Below are positions 1 through 11,186 of a stretch of DNA of 64,000 nt, piece by piece; within the stretch, counting starts at the first letter, position 1; the number at the start of each line of letters is the position of its first letter. Source of the stretch: Nymphaea colorata (taxonomy: Eukaryota); NCBI RefSeq assembly GCF_008831285.2, contig NC_045138.2, positions 1,488,001 to 1,552,000 on the forward strand. Reading direction: 5' to 3'. Both the position numbers and the translations under genes were made by a program. Under the pieces are notes generated by a model. The model ran no database searches and was not told the DNA's origin. It was given only the letters and a program-made list of their open reading frames with translations.

Positions 1-422
1 TGACTTAAGTAAATTTTATTTTATCTTAAAAAGGAGTTGACTAGGTTTACCATTGGTAATTAGGTTGGCTTAATTTCTCATTAGAGATTAGGGTCTAGGT
101 TTAGAAGTAAGAGGTGTTTGACAATATGAACACTAACACAGTGCTCCTTCAATTTGCCTCAATTTATGAGACACATTAATGAAACATTGTTTTAGGTTTT
201 TTTTTTTTGTCAAATGCCCTTTAAAAAGCAGACTAATCATAATTTAAATAGAATTTCCATTTCACCAAGATAATTTCATGGGATTTAGATAAATTAAGTT
301 ACATTTGGATTTTATTTCATCTCTCGCTTAGGATAACTAGAGTGGCATTGTGGGTCTTTCATAGGGGAACTCCTTCTGAGAGCAAGATTATTTAAGTGAC
401 ACCTAACCCTAGCCTCTCTCTT

Positions 423-580
423 TGTCACGGGCCGACTTCTTTGGACCGTGCGGCGCGGCAAACTCTCGCCAGTAAGTCGCAAGCCTTCGAGATCACTTGA
501 ACAAAAGCGAAGGCTTGCGGCTTACTGACGAGAGTTTGTTGCGCCGCACGGTTCGAAGGAGAAGGAGTCGACCAGTAACA
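423..580. mobile_element. 158-bp foldback (palindromic) element with TGT...ACA termini inserted in a CT-rich tract
   Basis: Left arm TGTCACGGGCCGACTTCTTTGGACCGTGCGGCGCGGCAAACTCTCGCCAGTAAGTCGCAAGCCTTCG pairs with right arm CGAAGGCTTGCGGCTTACTGACGAGAGTTTGTTGCGCCGCACGGTTCG...GTCGACCAGTAACA around an ~18-nt loop. Flanks CTCTT/CTCTC. A second, single-arm copy lies at 1928-1990. Confidence 0.65.
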
Positions 581-1032
581 CTCTCTCTCCCTCTTACATT
601 AATTCTCTTAGCTTTAAATTGAAGTTATTTTTAACCTACTTTCATAAGGCCGAGACTTTCCTCCCTTCCCACGGCTCGAGATTTGTGTACTCATTTAATT
701 TGTCTAACATTTTATGATGATTTGAAAAAGGAATATTTTACAAAAGGCCACCAAAGATTTGGAGAAACAACAAAGACATGCTCCAGTTTTGAGTTCTTTC
801 ATTTAACTGTTAGGCTTTGAGATTGTACAACACTGCTACCAAAATGTTCATTGCAAGGATTATAATTTTTTTCTTTATTTGTATGCTTTTAAGTTCATCT
901 AAAAGAATCGATTTTCACGTTGGTTGAATTTTAATTTCATTTTGAGGAATTACTCTCTTTCTCTCTCTCTCTCTCTCTCTTATCGCATTCTTTAAGTAGT
1001 AGTTAAAACATGGCGGGGGTGGCACCCCCAGG

Positions 1033-1478
1033 AAGGGTGAACAATGAGTTGTTAAAGCTCGACTCGTGAACAAGTTCGAGCTGAGTCATTTGCTTAACGA
1101 GTCAAACTCGAGTTCATGAGTCAACTTGTTTAAATAATCAAGTTGAGTTCGAGCTCAACACATAACTGCTGAGTTGAGCTCGAGCCTTAATCGAGTTTGT
1201 CGAGCCTTAATCAAGTTGATATATTTAAACGAGTTTATGAGTTTGTCGAGCTTTAATCTAGTTGAACTCGAACTCAACATGTAACGATGAATATCAATTA
1301 TATTCAAACGAGTTTGTCGAGCCTTAATTGAGTCGAACTCGACCTCAACGCGTAACTGCTGAGTCGAGCTCGAGTTATTTTTGCCGAGCTATTCTCGAGC
1401 CGAGTGACACTCAAAGTTTCATTAGTCGAGCCTAACTCGATCTGACTGAACTCCAATACAATCATGCGTTGTACCCTA
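1033..1478. mobile_element. hAT-type MITE family A (GAGCTC/CTCGAG-rich), decayed copy
   Basis: Starts AAGGGTGAACA and ends GTTGTACCCTA. Internal GAGCTCGAG/AACTCG-rich sequence is shared with 13129-13630 (opposite orientation) and 22720-23139. Confidence 0.75.
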
Positions 1479-1927
1479 AAGAAACGAACACTTTCAGAAA
1501 ATGGACAATCACATATATATCTAATATATAGTTCAAGATTCTAGTTGAGTCACGTTTTGTGCATACCCATTGTTGTTAAGAAGTGCATTGATGTGATGTG
1601 ACACACAAAGCATGTGATGCGATGCGTAGCATAGCGATTGATGAGTAAGCGAGGTTCATGACAAAAACGATAAATTTATGTCAAAAGTGAAAAACAACTA
1701 TGAAAATAACATGCAAGTAAAGAACTAACGGAGAATAATTCCCAAATCCACCTGTTCTAAACAATATATTCTACGAGCAAGTTAAAATTCCTACGAGGCA
1801 ATTAGAAAATTTAGTCATTAGTGATAGTACTAATTTTTCAAGCGAATACATTGCGAGATTTCTTTATTCACAAGCATTCTTTATACACTTGTTTTCTCAA
1901 ACTACCTTTACGCCCCGTTCAACAATT

Positions 1928-1990
1928 TGAAGGCTTGCGGCAATCAAGTTCTTGCCGCGCCGCACGGACCGAAGTTGTCAGCCCGTGACA
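1928..1990. repeat. Single arm of the TGTCAC-terminated element seen at 423-580
   Basis: GAAGGCTTGCGGC...GCCGCGCCGCACGGACCGAAG...GCCCGTGACA matches the right arm of the 423-580 palindrome. Confidence 0.6.
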
Positions 1991-2588
1991 CTTGCATTGG
2001 TGACACAAATTTGGTGTAGGTGCTGCAGATAACTTTCAGAATCACAACACGTAATGTTGAGACATTATAATGTGATTCTTAATGAGCTGCTGTGGGCAGT
2101 GGTCCACCCTAACCAACAAATAGCTCAGCTACTAAGCATAAGTCTGCATATGCAAAATTAGATGAACTCAACAAGTCTCAAGAAGCTTCACCTCCTATTG
2201 TTGAGTGAGCAACCAGAACAGAGGAGCACAGTCACGGCGACGCTGAAGCTTCTCGTGCGTGATGCATACACATCAAATAACACTGTGTATATCTTTGAAT
2301 TTGAGAATCTTGTATGAGTTTATGCGCGTATAAAGAAAAGAACCATTCAAGCTTTCAGCACCACAGTAGTGGCGAGGCCAAGATTTTTCATCCATGGAGC
2401 ACTTGTATAAAGTTTTAGAGACATAACAATGTGAAGTTAACATATATGATGAATTTTTTTTATGGAGTCCTAGGTACGAAATCCAATAACAAAATTTTGG
2501 ATTGAGAAAGACAATTCATTCGGCTTGGTATATCAGGCTCTGCATCATATGAAGCAATTAAGCCTGCAGAATCGAGATAACATGTTCC

Positions 2589-3018
2589 TAGGGATGTCAA
2601 CGGGTCAGATTTGGATCATATATATCCTTAATTATATCCATTTTTTCGGATATTCACATATTCGGATTCGAATTCGAATTCGAATAAAGAAAAGTCATAT
2701 CAGAATCCGAAATTTGATTTACAATTTGAATCTGATCTGAATCCGATTTTTATATTTATATCCAAATCGAAATTTTGAACGGGGCTTTGCCAATTTTCAA
2801 AATTTAATAGCATTAGATACATGATATTTGTCTAAAAATGAATCTTATCTAAATCCGGTCGGATAATTATGTATATCTGAATCCGAATCCGATCGAATGC
2901 TATTTATTAAATCTGAATCCGATCAGATTTCTTAATCGGATATTTTTTTTTCAGTATCTGGTTTTTCGGATCGATTCGGTTAGATATTCGATTTAAATCT
3001 GATATATTGACATCCCTA
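2589..3018. mobile_element. hAT-type MITE family B (TAGGGATGTCAA TIR; AATCCG/CGGATT-rich)
   Basis: Perfect 12-bp TIR TAGGGATGTCAA...TTGACATCCCTA. 8-bp flanks CATGTTCC/CCTGTTCC (7/8) fit a hAT target-site duplication. Confidence 0.85.
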
Positions 3019-6000
3019 CCTGTTCCTTTGCATCAACAATGTTGTCCAATTGAAACCTCACACTTTATAAATTGTGACTAGAATTCTCTTCATCTCATTA
3101 AGGATGCCATGAAGGAAGCGTTTGACATATCTAGAGTCATGGAATTTTAGAATCAAACTGGTTATTTTTAAATAAATTAGAATTATTAAACGAATGGAGT
3201 ATTTTGTCTTTTAATTAAGAATCTGAAACTGGAATTTTGATTGCATTTTAGTTTGAGGAGGAATTATGATTTTAAAAGTTTCATTCTTAAATAAAATTTC
3301 AAACCATCAAACTAGTCTTAAGGGATCAGATTTAAATAAGATGTAATCTTTAACATATTTGATTTATCTAATGTTTAGATTCAAATTCTGATTGGAATCC
3401 TAAGGAAAAAGATTAAATCATATCTGAATCCAACTTTGTTCACATATTTACATTCAATTTCTGATTGGAATGATAATGAAGATTTTTTTTTTTTGCCATA
3501 TTCGAATCATGTTTCTACATTCACAATCTGACTCCAATTTCAACCTGTCTTTAAGAATCGCAACATGATCAAAGTCTGACTTCAAAAGTTATGATATGTT
3601 AAGGACCGTCTTTTACTGTTTGATTTAGGAAACTTTAACCGGTTGCAAAATTGTTCCTTATTATCTGACCGTATATTTATTTAGAACTGAATCAAAACTG
3701 GATTCTAAGTCATTTCTTAAATCTAAATCGAATCAGATGTTAATTTTTCTAAATATCAGACTTTTGCAAAGCAATTCGACCATTGGACTCAAATTCAATC
3801 CAATGGCATTTCTAGAGGAACTAAAATGAAAAGACGAAAGATATAGTCTCTCTTTGTTATTGCTCTAAAAGTCAAGCCCGCTTCTGTAAATTTTCCTTTA
3901 GAAAAAGGCCTCCTCGGATGCCTTTCAGGTCATTACCTTGGGAACTGATTACGTGCATAACTGTGCACGATTTTTTTTTTAGTGCTTATAGAAATGTGCA
4001 TTAATTAGAATTTTCTTTGGAATAAGGCCTCATTGGACGCCCTTGGACTGCCGCACCAGCGTAACTTCGACTCTCCAACTTAGGTAAAATGACATATTAA
4101 TAAATTATTTATATAATATATGTTGTTATATACATTAATAACTAAATTATAATAATAATAATGTATACATGTTTATTTTGTTATATATATAAAATAATAA
4201 TAATAATATGTTTATTTTGTTATATATATAAAATAATAATAATAATAATAAAAATACTCTTGTTATACTGTCGCACCTAAATTTTTTGAGATGAACCAAT
4301 TCAGGTGACATAGATAAAGATACAAAATGACCAAAATGCTTTTATTAAAATACAAATTAAATCTTTTTATAAGAGTTTTGAAAAAAAGATTGTAAAAAAA
4401 GTCTAAAATGTTTTCTATTTTATAAAAAATTTAAAAATGCCCCTATTTCCGATGCATACTTGTTGTTGAGTGCACCGTGACGTGCATGCAACGCCGACCA
4501 AGAAATTAGTAAAAGCTGTGCGGAAGCCACCGGAAAAGGGGGGACAGCTGTTTGAATGTCAAATTTCAAACTAGAAGTTGTTGGTGCGATCAAATATATC
4601 GGTGCAGCATTAAAATAAACTACTGTTAATGCTCATAACCGTGGCAGTACCCCGCCTTGTAAATGACGCATTTTTAAATGCATGCTGCCTTCAATGATCT
4701 CCCATCGATCGAAGCACTTCTTCTTCAAATAAGAAGCTGGTTGGTTATATATGTCGTTTTTATGTATGTAATTTCATGTGTTATTTAATAATAATAAGAA
4801 ATGTTTATGATTAATACAAAAAAAGAAACAAAAAAAAATTGAAAATTTGATAAAAGTAAAATTAAATTTATCAATCTCTGTATACATATCGTCGTGATCA
4901 ATATATCTCTTTAAGAAGTAAAAAAACGTTTTTATTTTTTTTCGCTTATAACGTTATCTATTATTTCATAAATATTTTATTATCTCATAAACGTGATCTC
5001 TCGTTTATGTTTAGGGTTATCTCATATTTATGTTTAGCGCTAATTCAAACATTGGTTTGTTATCTTATAAATCTTTTGTTATCTCATAAATATTGCTTTA
5101 TAATTATGTTTAGTGTTGTCTTATACATTTGTCTGTTTATTATTATCTTATAAATCTTTTGTTATTTTGTACTTATTTGTTATTTTATTCTTAGCACATG
5201 CATATGCAATGTTTGGGCATCAAAGTGAATGTGTATATTAAAAGAAGTCAGACATACGCTCGTTACATGGGGTGGTGTACAAAACTCGATCCCTCTCATT
5301 TTACCATAAGAAAATGTCTTGAACTAACTCGAGTTGGACCAGTTCGAGCTTGACTTGTCGGCAATACAAGGTCGAGCTCAAACTCAACTTATTTATGATA
5401 GCATGTTCGTTTTTTTTAAAACTCGTTTAGTTGTTACACTACAAGGATAGACTGTTTTTTTATTATATTTGAGTCGAGTTCTTACAATTCAAACTCTACT
5501 AGTTTAACATTTTGAGTCTACATTTGAACTTGTTGACTCCCTTACATTTTAGGTTAGAGTTTATAGAATTTAGGAATACGGTGACCGTAAGTTCTAGAAT
5601 TTACCTTGGAGTAAGTTTAATTAGATTTTTTTTTTACCTAGGTAAGTTGCAGATAGTAAATAAGATAAGTTTTAGTTGGGGGATTAAAAAAGAAACTTAT
5701 TTTATATAAAAAGTTTAAAAAATAATATTTCTACTCCCTCATTAAAAAATTAATTTCTAACTCTAAAAAATTTAATTACTGTCTCAAGCAGGTGTGAAAT
5801 TTTTCAGATGCCGGTAGTTTTACACGCAATGATTGTCAACACCTAAACAATCGGCAGTTAAGACGAAATAATAGGAAAATCGGGCCCGTTTCTGCTATTG
5901 TTCCGAAAGTTAAAGGGTCCTTTTGTAACTATTTCTTTGGAAAAAGAGATTCAGTGTGAGCCCTCCACGCCATCATCCCCTCTCACTGCAGACGGCAGCG

Positions 6001-6413
6001 CCCACCAGAAAACAAGAAAAAGCTGGCGGACGCCGCCGGAAATGGCCAAAACCTGTTTGCCGGCGACATTTCCGGCACATCTGAACCGGGTCCCACGATG
6101 ACATTTCAGATGCGACCAGGTTTATCGGTTCAGCATTAACTTCGACTGTCGATGCTGGCACTATTCCGCCATTACAGGACGCATTTTTTAAATGCCTTCC
6201 ACGTTACGATTCCGTCTTCGAACGCTCGAAAGAACAAAACTGCGAAAAATTTACAAAGGGAAACACATCTTCTTCATTCATTCAACCAAATTAAGCTCCT
6301 ATATACACCGGAGGACAGCACATTCTTTTTTTTTTTTCTTCTTTCCTTCTCCTTTTTATTAAACGGCTCTGATCTTTTCTTGCAGGAAGAAATTGAAGAC
6401 AGCTTCAGCTGCG

Positions 6414-6670
6414 TCACTGGGACAATGGAGCCCAATTGGCGGAGCTGCCGACACGAGGCATGCTATTGACCTTGGTGTAGGTGTCGACCTTGAAGTTGGC
6501 GCCGCACAGGACGCCTTCGCTGTCAACCCTCGGCATGGCTTTCAGCTTGTTCATTGGGTGCTCGAAGCTCTGCAATCCGCCGGTCCCGCTGTGGAACATG
6601 CAGCCTAAACACAAACCAAAGCCAACTCATCGACACCCACAACTTTACATTCAATTTCTATATATCCTAC

Positions 6671-6748
<78 letters not shown>

Positions 6749-6884
6749 AGACCCACATAATTAACTTCTAATTATATATATATATATATACATATAAGAG
6801 AGAGAGAGAGAGTGGATGTAATGTTGAGTTTTGGCTAAAGCAAAAGAAAGCTGAAGAGGGTAGATATATATACATAAAGAGACC

Positions 6885-6953
<69 letters not shown>

Positions 6954-8903
6954 GCAAAAGAAAGCTGAAGAGGGTTATATATCTTTGGGCCCCTCAAACA
7001 CGTGAACTGACAAAATTAAAAGGTCTTTGGTCTGCCAAAAGAAGCAAACAAGGCCAAAAAAAGGGAAAAGAGTTGATAGAAGTGTATGAAATATCTATTT
7101 GTTGTAAATGACCAAAATACCCGTTACAAAAAGGTGACCAAAATACCCATCAAACGCATGACTTATGAACCCATTAATTACTGTCAATTTTAGGTAATTC
7201 TCATTTGTAGAACTTGATCTCTTGATAACTTTGATCCATTAGGTCTCATTCCTAGAATTTGATGATAAAACATTTATCTTTTGATCTGTCATTTGTCTGT
7301 CAAAAGAAAGATCTACCTTATCATGGTAAAAAGAATGTATTAAAAATACTTCAAATATCTATCTTTTTGAATGACCAAAACACTCTTTACAAACGCTTGA
7401 CATTTGCAAGGTACAAAGGCGCCTACCCATGAAACGCATGACTTATGAACACATTAATTAGTGTCAATATTTGTAGAATTTGATCTCTCCATAACTTTGA
7501 TGCATTAGATAAAACATTTTCCTTTTGATCTGTCATTTGTTTGTAGAAAGAAAGATCTACCTTATCATGGTAAAAATAATATATTAAAAATACTTCAAAT
7601 ATCTATCTTTTTGAATGACCAAAATACCCTTATCACCAACAGGTATAGAACAAGGCCAACATTTGCAAGGTAGAAAGGTCATGCCTTTCATCACGTCCTA
7701 ACCCATTAGTTTCATCTGTATTGTAGAACCTAATCTTTTGTTAACCCTAACCCTTTAGTCTCTTTTGTAGAACTTGATCTTTGATCTCATTTCTAGATCT
7801 TGATCTCATTTCTAGATCTTGATCTTCTAGAGAGAAAGAGAGACAAGAAACCAACAACCTCCTCCTCAAACCAAACAATAGTACGACTCAACCAAACTCT
7901 CAACTCTCAACACGCCATTAACTCTCAACAGAAGAACAGTGCGAGACGTGCTGGTATGGGCTTTCTGCAACTGACCAGGCACGGAGATGGCACCGAGATA
8001 GTAAGAGAGAGAGAGAGATAGAGATGATACCAGCAGGAAAAGGAGCGAAGGATTTGCCGCAGCTTCTCCTCACGACGTCGACGTTGTCCGATATCACCAC
8101 AGAACCATCTGCAGCGATGCCCCAGTAGAGCTGCACTACACCATCCGAACCCTGCAAATAGCAAAACCCAAACACCATTTTAATCGATCGGCTCCCTTAA
8201 TCCATATCCACCGGAAAATCTCGATTCGAAGCATTCTTACAATCCCAACGAAAGAAATCATGGCTCTTTTCTTCTTTTCTTTCTTGTTTATGATCATGAC
8301 CCAAGTTTTACCAGGGGGCTTACCAGGGCGGCGAAGACGGTGCCGGACTTGCGGTCGAAGATGACGAAGGCGAAGTGGCCGACGAGGTCCTTCACCACCT
8401 GGTCCGCCGGATAAGGCCCGCGGTCCCTCAATGTGCGGTACGCTTCGATCACCAGCAGCGCCTCGTCCGTGTTCTTGGACAGTCCGTACTGCCTTATAAG
8501 GGCGCTCAAGTTGTCCAGAGTCCCCAGAAACACGCAGTACACATCGTCCAGTCCGCAGAACAACCTGCATAGGGCCGAGGAAAAGAAACTGAGAGAGATG
8601 CCATGCCACACGAATAAACATAAACCGAGGAAAGCACTATTGGGCAGCGACGATTTGCCAGGAAAACGAGGAGGGATGTCAGATCAGATGTGGTTTCCGG
8701 CACCTGCTGTAAGGCAGCCTCGACGATGACCGGATGTAGGCAAGGACGGCGCCGTCGCCGTACATGGTGAAGGCATTGTGCGGGTCGGAGGAGAGGAACT
8801 CCGCCACTATCTGGTCCGGCTGCTTCGGCCGGCGGTCCTTGGAGGCCGGGCTGTTCAGTTCCTCCGGCGGGTGAGCATACTCCTGACGGAAGATGGCCAA
8901 CAT
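6414..8903 (-). CDS. Stem-specific protein TSJT1-like / Wali7-like (DUF3700, Ntn-hydrolase-like) protein, ~250 aa
   Basis: Four exons 8903-8704, 8564-8324, 8151-8031, 6604-6414 with GT-AG sites, total 753 nt. Motifs MLAIF...HPPEELNSPAS, LIRQYGLSK, IEAYRTLRDRGPYPADQVVKDL, LYWGIAADGSVVISD, CGKSFAPFPAGCMFHS, SFEHPMNKLKAMPRVDSEG, GSSANW are typical of the family. Confidence 0.93.
6674..6980. repeat. (TA)n microsatellites within a short local duplication in TSJT1-like intron 3
   Basis: (TA)n at 6674-6744 and 6887-6948. AAAGCAAAAGAAAGCTGAAGAGGGT occurs twice, and AAAGAGACC occurs twice. Confidence 0.85.
7147..7625. repeat. Diverged ~200-240-bp direct duplication in TSJT1-like intron 3
   Basis: CCCAT.AAACGCATGACTTATGAAC...AAAGAAAGATCTACCTTATCATGGTAAAA...TATCTATCTTTTTGAATGACCAAAA occurs at ~7147-7380 and ~7426-7624. 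Confidence 0.85.
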
Positions 8904-9007
8904 CCTTCTTCTTCTTCTTCCTTTCAACAACAGAAACAATTGAAAAACTTCTGAGAGTGAGATCGATTCACGGGTTGTGAAGGTAAAACGAAGGGGATTT
9001 GGCGTCG

Positions 9008-9217
9008 ATATATAGTGCGGCGAACGGCCAGGCGGCCGCGGAAGGGATGAGGATGTGACGTGTCACTCATCACGCCTTGCGGATAAGTTTAAAATCCACG
9101 TATGCTCTTGCGTCCTGTGGGCTCTGCTGTTTGTTTTCCTAAACGGAGACGCCTTCACGAAATCGCCTTTTCCCCCTTCCATCACTCTGTTCCCACTCTG
9201 CGTCCATATCCTTATCC
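9008..9217 (-). promoter_or_regulatory. Putative core promoter of the TSJT1-like gene (TATA, bZIP ACGT element, GATAA/I-box-like elements)
   Basis: TATATA about 110 nt upstream of the ATG, TGACGTGTC at 9056-9064, GGATAAG at 9081-9087, CACGTA at ~9097, CTTATCC at ~9210. Confidence 0.4.
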
Positions 9218-9529
9218 GGTGAGCGCGCTTTTTGACCCTTTCGTAGAGTCAAAACCAACCCTCCTCTATATATATATATATACACACCAGAAGACACCAA
9301 ATCTCGATTAAAAAAAAACATGTTATTTTTCTTTCAATTGTTTATTTTAATATATAGATATATAAGGTTTTTAAGTTAATAGACACCAAGAAACACCAAA
9401 TCTCCATTAAAAAAAAAAGCATGTCATTTTTTTCTCAACTGCCTATCATAATAGATAGTTGAGTAAGATTCATTATCTAAAGTCATTGTTTTCAACTACT
9501 TATATAATCATTTGGATTTGTTGTCTTTC

Positions 9530-9721
9530 CTCTACTGTTTATACAAAATGGGGTGAGGGTATGTAGGCCTGAGCATCGGGCCGGCCCGGCCTGATAAGAG
9601 TCGGGCTCAGTCCGGTTAAGTTTGATTAAAATAAAAAATATTTTTTAATCGAGCTCTTTCTTTCTCTCTCTTTATATATATATATAAAAGAAGAATAATG
9701 TTGGAAAAAGCTCCTAGCAAC

Positions 9722-9760
<39 letters not shown>

Positions 9761-9844
9761 AGACTGAGCCCGACTCTTATCAGGCCGGGCCGGCCGGATG
9801 CTCAGGCCTACATACCCTCACCCCATTTTGTATAAACAATAGAG
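9530..9844. repeat. ~86-bp near-perfect inverted repeat (arms 9530-9615 and 9758-9844) with flanking direct duplications
   Basis: CTCTACTGTTTATACAAAATGGGGTGAGGGTATGTAGGCCTGAGCATC...GCTCAGTCCGGT recurs as its reverse complement with few mismatches. The spacer block AAAAGAAGAATAATGTTGGAAAAAGC..CTAGCAACAATTATA is repeated again at ~9873-9945, with a third decayed copy near 9945-9987. Confidence 0.9.
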
Positions 9845-9909
9845 TCGGGCTCTCTCTCTCTTTATATATATATAAAAGAAGAATAATGTTGGAAAAAGCC
9901 GCTAGCAAC

Positions 9910-9945
<36 letters not shown>

Positions 9946-9989
9946 AAGAAATATAATATTGGATGAAGCTGCCAGCAACAATTATACGT

Positions 9990-10287
9990 CTTGGAGACAG
10001 ACCGGAGATAAGTCTACCAATGTGCAGTGGATCAACACGTAATTTCTTGTTTCCACAATACAAAATATTAAACTAGCAAATCGCATCATTTATCTGCAGC
10101 AAAAAATTGCTCCACGCCAAATAAATGTGCTTCTAATGAGGCCAATACTTTAATTTTTTTTTTATTTTTTGTCTCGCAAGTACCAAAGATATTATCCAGT
10201 TCTTTGGATTTAATTCAATTAAGTAGTAAGCACCAATCTTTTATTGGGACTATTAAGTCCTCCAAGATTCCACGAGCAAATCTTCAT
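9990..10287 (-). mobile_element. Decayed LINE (L1-clade) ORF2 endonuclease N-terminus
   Basis: Minus strand reads MKICSWNLGGLNSPNKR (the APE start motif is typically MKIxSWNxRGLN), then after stops and frameshifts ...NIFGTCETK (the xxQETK motif) and ...LIHCTLV. Confidence 0.55.
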
Positions 10288-11100
10288 GTCCAACACATTA
10301 AAAGAATAAATAACAAAAAAAAAAATCATATGGTGCAAAAGGGTGAACCCTGTCTCCCTTCTCATGGTCTCTTCATACTCACTATTCTTGCTTTCTCTTG
10401 CCTTCGGGGTCCCATAGTGCTTTCTCTTGTCTTTAGAATCAAGGGTTGTATCGATCAAGGTTTAGATTCATTCTTTTTGTTTTCTCTTATCTTAAGGGTT
10501 TGTTTTTTTCTCATTTGTATCAGAGTTTAGATTCATTCTTCGTGTTTTCTCTTGTCTTAAGGGTCAAGGGTTTTTTCAATGACATGAGTCAAATTAAAGT
10601 TTTTAAATTTTGATTAGAGTCGAAATATCATTTTTCAAAATTTTTATATAAAACAAGTTAAATTTTTTAAAATTTAAATGTAAATTAAAAAAAAATGAAG
10701 TGGGGCCAAGGCCCATTCGAGCTCTGGGCTCCGCCCCAGAATCATGCAAATGTCAGATCCATTTGGAAAACTTGGGTGTTAGTGCCTTTTGAAAAGTAAT
10801 TGACATTGATTGTATTTATAATAACAAGTTTTTGTGTAGTGAGTTTAAACCCCCAAAGACAAAGAAAGGCACTGCAATGACCCCTTGGCGCGTTGGCTAC
10901 CCCTGAAAGCATGCGTGCCCTTTAGTCCAAACCTTTTCTTTTGACAATGCATGATGCGACTTGCATTATTAAACTTATACAGTTGCTCTTTTTTTTTATC
11001 CATCTATCTATGGTCTGACTCGTGAGTCGGTGAAAACCCGGTAGTCAGTTCAATTCCTAAGAACCATTGTCATAAAAAAAAACATATATGGGCATTATAC

Positions 11101-11186
11101 TACAAGAAAAAAGATGGGTATAATACATCAAAGTTGTATATCTTACAAGAAAAAAGATGGGTATAATACATCAAAGTTGTATATCT
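11101..11186. repeat. ~43-bp tandem duplication
   Basis: TACAAGAAAAAAGATGGGTATAATACATCAAAGTTGTATATCT occurs twice, adjacent. Confidence 0.9.

Noticed and set aside
5898..6200. GC-rich patch with short ORFs downstream of the TSJT1-like stop
   Set aside because: No protein motif, TIR pair or RNA structure that I could verify.
9964..9977. 14-nt match to the miR167 5' end (TGAAGCTGCCAGCA)
   Set aside because: It diverges after 14 nt, has no star arm, and is a variant of the locally duplicated AAAAGCCGCTAGCAACAATT block.
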